A stretch of 64,000 nt of DNA from Fimbriosthenelais zetlandica (Eukaryota): NCBI GenBank assembly GCA_977030845.1, contig OZ365116.1:17174001-17238000 (forward strand), in the 5' to 3' direction. Shown one piece after another: positions 60,301 to 64,000 of the stretch (within the stretch, counting starts at the first letter, position 1; each line of letters begins with the position of its first letter). The notes beneath the pieces are model-generated. The model was not told the origin of the DNA and did no database searches. It worked only from the letters and a program-made list of their open reading frames with translations. The position numbers and the translations under genes were made by a program.

Positions 60301-62415
60301 TACGACACCCTGAGGACTGAGACATTACTTCCTCATCTCTCCTCCCTGCTCCATGGACCTTAACTGCTTTCTTGCATTAACTGGTTTATATGTAACTCAT
60401 TAGGAATTGTATAATTCATATATTACATTAAACATACCATTTTTTATAGTTTATGGCAGTTGGAGCGAGTCCTGTGTATACTGGCAGCATACATGTATGG
60501 TATTGCCTTTGTCCTGAGGGGACCTCGCTACTCGCTTACAATAATCTCCATGTCTGTCCAGATTGGCCTGCTCTAGCCCCATCCCTCGTCATCGTTAAGC
60601 TATGAGATATGGAGTAAAATAGCCCTACAATCCCACTGAGAGTTAATTAATATAGCCAACTTCCTGCTCCAATGCAAGCGTGGATTTTTTAACTTGGGTT
60701 ATGGTTAGGCTCAGAATAATTTCCTTGCGGAGTTTATCATCTGATATTGTCCATTGCTGGAGAATGGTGTTCTAGGTTGGAGGAAGCAATGACATAAGTT
60801 ACAACTTATATTTTCATTTCTGTAATCAACATTTCGTCAATTATTTGCTATAAGAATGGATCCATCCTTTCTGGCCTTCAGAATGGTTTGGTACAATGCA
60901 TATTTTGTTGAACAATCCTATTTGGTTATATTCCATGAACCATGATGAAGACATTGTGCCTGTCCCCTTTCCAAAACTGAGCCTGACCTTTCTCTCATGG
61001 AAAAAATCCTTTAAGCCAATTTGGAAGCGGCCCCTAACCTGGGTATAGCAGTCTGAAATGGCCAACACTCACTTAGCAGGCATGGCGCCTGGGTGCCGGC
61101 TCAAGTAGCGGAAGATCCCCCTTACCAGAGGAGTGAGAGGAAAGGCCATGGAGATGGACTGTCGTTACATTTACGTCGTGTCACGCCCGTCTCATCCTTC
61201 CCCCATCTCTCATATTGATCCCATCTGCTGCAGAAAGAAACAGTAGTAAGCTGAAATGGAAAAGAAAGGGATTGGGCATTTGGAAAAATACTGCAATGGG
61301 TTCGAAAGGTAACTTTGGGACTAGAATGTCATTTGTGTATCATTATGAGAACAAATATAAGGCTTAGTGGAGTGGGGAGTAGTAATGAACTCAATGTATC
61401 TGTATGTATGGACTTCCTCTGCTTCAGTCTGCTTTATGATGTTTTGAATTGGTTCTATTATGCAGTAATAACCTAAATAATATCCTGATACCATTTACAT
61501 CTGGGGCATGATGGAAAATATGAATAAGACACTGCTGATGCCTGACATGCCAGGGTATTAGAGCAAGCTCCACTACATCCATAAGGACGATACCTGGACT
61601 GGAAATGACTATACCTAGACCTTCAGCTGTGACATTTTAACATTAGCTGCTTGTGTAGCATACAGAGTATTGACCACCTCAGAATAGAGAGAGAAAGTCT
61701 GGAAGCAAAGCGATGTTCAGCATTGATGAGCTCGCTAGAGGGAAATATTCAGTTGTCTTACAGAAGGATTGCTTAGTCAATACCTTTGTTTTGTCACTGT
61801 CCAACACAAACCAGATGTTTTAACATTGCTGCTAGGGCTGCCAGGCATTTATAAGCAGAAGAAAAATGAAACTCCATCATATCTACTGTAGTGGAACTAC
61901 CACAGCAATATGTGACTCTCGTATAGCGAACACTGAATGATATAATGGCTAAAGGGACGATATAACTATATGGATCGCCACCATGGATTATATTCAAAAT
62001 CATTGAATGTCGTTTGAAGAGTTTTTTCATGAATGGAAATTAGGCATGTAGTGTAAGGAATTATCGTCAAGTTGATATTGTGTGCATTGCTCTTAGGAAG
62101 TTATACATGTTAGTGTTTTAAAGGAAAAGCTGCCAATGATAGTCGCTTTAGAAGATATACTTTCATTCTTAGATCTATGTGATCTCATAATATCCATTAT
62201 TCCTTATTTAAAGACTGTATATTGAAACGGGAATATAGCGTTGTATCCTGCCATACGTCCTAATTCCTGTAGTACATCTATTCCAAGGCTTGCTTTGAAG
62301 GCTCTCTTAGAAAATCATGCTCGTACTCCATGCTAAGATGCTAGAAAAGAAAATTAAGGAAGATAATCCCCTTTTTGAGATACGTATTTGATGATCTTTT
62401 ATTCTTCTGCTGCAG

Positions 62416-62533
62416 AGAATCCTCTTCAGTCTTGGTGGATCTTTCCTTTACTACGCCAACCACTTCAAACTGTACAGCTCGTTCTGCGCCAGTCACTCCA
62501 AGGCTCAAAAGGTTCTCAACCCCGGCTCGGATG
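62416..62533 (+). CDS. TIAM1: TIAM/sif exon: DH ([39 protein letters not shown])
   Basis: Acceptor attcttctgctgcag; donor G|gtgagt (phase 1); the FKLYS.FCASH.KAQKVL motif is typical of TIAM. The gene continues beyond the window. Confidence 0.96.
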
Positions 62534-64000
62534 GTGAGTATCTGAGATAGACCCTCCACTTGACACCACAACAACCAATATATGCTAATATCAAAACTAA
62601 TAATCATTATTTTGACTTGACAATGAATATATATTTAGAGTTATCTTTTATATTGGAAGTTTGGTTGGTTTTGTTTAATATTTCTTATCTATGATTTAGT
62701 CGTTGATGTCTATTGGATGCTGCATATAATTATATATGTTGTATTTGACACCCTGTGTAATTCCCTTTTTTTCTGATCACATCTTTTTGAATTTATTGTT
62801 GAATTAACTCACCATTTAACTGAAGCTCAGCCTAACTACCCCTCCTGGGACTGATCTGTATGTAATGTTGTAGTGTAAGTAGGGGATTGCCTAGAGTTCA
62901 CCAAAGCGATTGTCCCATTGGTTAGCATTCAGTTGACTCAGAATCGCTGTCGTGAAACCTAACCCTTAGGACATCTATCAAGCCTGTCAGTTCCTTTCTC
63001 TCTATCTTTCGCCTTCACTGCCTTCCTGCAGCACAAAAAGCCTTCCCCTCCCAGCTTGTTAAGATGGCTTACTGTGTGAGTGAATTAGACAGATTATCAC
63101 TGCCCCCACCCACCGCTCCATCCTCCCCATTATCTTCTCTCCTACAGCTGACACTGTCTTCATTACCACCAGCATGCCCCCACAATAATTCCCCATGTTC
63201 ACGTTTAATCATGTTAAAATATAAATATAACGTGCACGGATACAGGTGCACTAGCGGTATATAAGTCCCATGACATTGAGCCTTAAATCCAGTTAGCTTT
63301 ATGGATAGGTTAAAAACCATGTCCTTTAAAGATGTACTTACGACCGACTCGCTGATGCGTTCCAATCTTAGAAACCTAATTTCCGGAATGAAAGTACTTT
63401 TTCTACGTACTTGCTATGAATATAAAAACCTTCTGTATATTGTCAGGAATGAATTACCTTTATTATTCTCTTTCCACCAATATGAATTCCTAAATTGCAT
63501 CCCATAAACAACCTGAAGCTAATTACCAAAATGGTAGTAATAAATCCAAGGTGTTTCTTTTCATTCAGCACTCGCTGCCAACATTTTATTTTATCCTGGA
63601 ATTAAGGAATTTGGCAATTTTGACACTGTTCTTATCATTCTCGCCCATGGCTTATCCATTAATTCCATTTTCTCGTTGTCATGGTAATTACGACTTGCCC
63701 ATCATACTTATCTTATTAGGGTCACCCGGCTTCCAAATGGCTGCTTATTGTGTTGCTGTAGACTAGTCCTAGTCCCCCGGATATGATATCTTGAGATGCT
63801 TCTGGCAAGACTAAAGTGTCCTAGCTGCAATTCACGCAATACATTTACGCCGTTAGTTGCCTAGGTTTCGTTTTTATATTGATGTCTGTATGAGTTTTTA
63901 TGTTGTATGATATTGAAGTGCATTACTCAACCACCCATTCACTCACTCATCCTCTACACTCATTTGTCTGGCTCCACTGGAGAATGAACACACCCTATAC

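Larger units (their letters stand above)
3514..62533 (+). other. TIAM1: TIAM1/TIAM2/still life (sif)-like Rac guanine-nucleotide exchange factor gene, partial at both ends (14 exons in window)
   Basis: Spliced translation gives PH (IRKAGWLTVKNWLMHKKRKLE..WKKYWVCLKG), CC-Ex, RBD, PDZ and DH ([56 protein letters not shown]) in TIAM order. All junctions are GT-AG with matching phases. The post-PDZ CPPPP..LIVPAP.W motif resembles the Drosophila sif type as I recall it. TIAM1 vs TIAM2 orthology cannot be resolved. Confidence 0.96.

Noticed and set aside
62917-62965. tggttagcattc..., possible tRNA or tRNA-derived SINE A-box
   Set aside because: No B-box (GTTCRA) or cloverleaf.
118-63766. Remaining 60-150 aa ORFs of the six-frame track; CRISPR, rRNA, tRNA and prokaryotic systems
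   Set aside because: The ORFs are intronic, often with non-ATG starts and no domain signal. No repeat-spacer array, RNA gene or operon-like structure is visible, and the DNA is clearly spliceosomal eukaryotic.

Overview
Eukaryotic (metazoan, probably invertebrate), AT-rich genomic DNA. The window holds one large plus-strand gene, a TIAM1/TIAM2/still-life (sif)-type Rac GEF, truncated at both window edges. I traced 14 exons by hand (3514-62533, 2263 nt, about 754 codons). All have GT-AG boundaries and consistent phases, and they encode N-terminal PH, coiled-coil/Ex, RBD, PDZ and the first half of the DH domain. Ten exons are packed into about 4 kb. A 6.1-kb intron and a 39.9-kb intron (13824-53714) then separate the scaffold half from the catalytic DH half. 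The introns carry many heavily decayed non-LTR retrotransposon RT fragments, nearly all antisense to the gene. The best leads concern isoform control at the scaffold/catalytic boundary: (i) a composite exon with an in-frame stop and AATAAA that would give a GEF-less protein, (ii) a site at 10550-10670 that reads either as an in-frame hydrophobic alternative first exon or as a 6-nt microexon, and (iii) further in-frame cassette/microexon candidates and an enriched AGAGCTGCTC motif. Most ORFs in the supplied track are intronic noise. I found no CRISPR array, rRNA, tRNA or intact transposon. All protein-family matches are by eye from remembered consensus motifs, not database searches.
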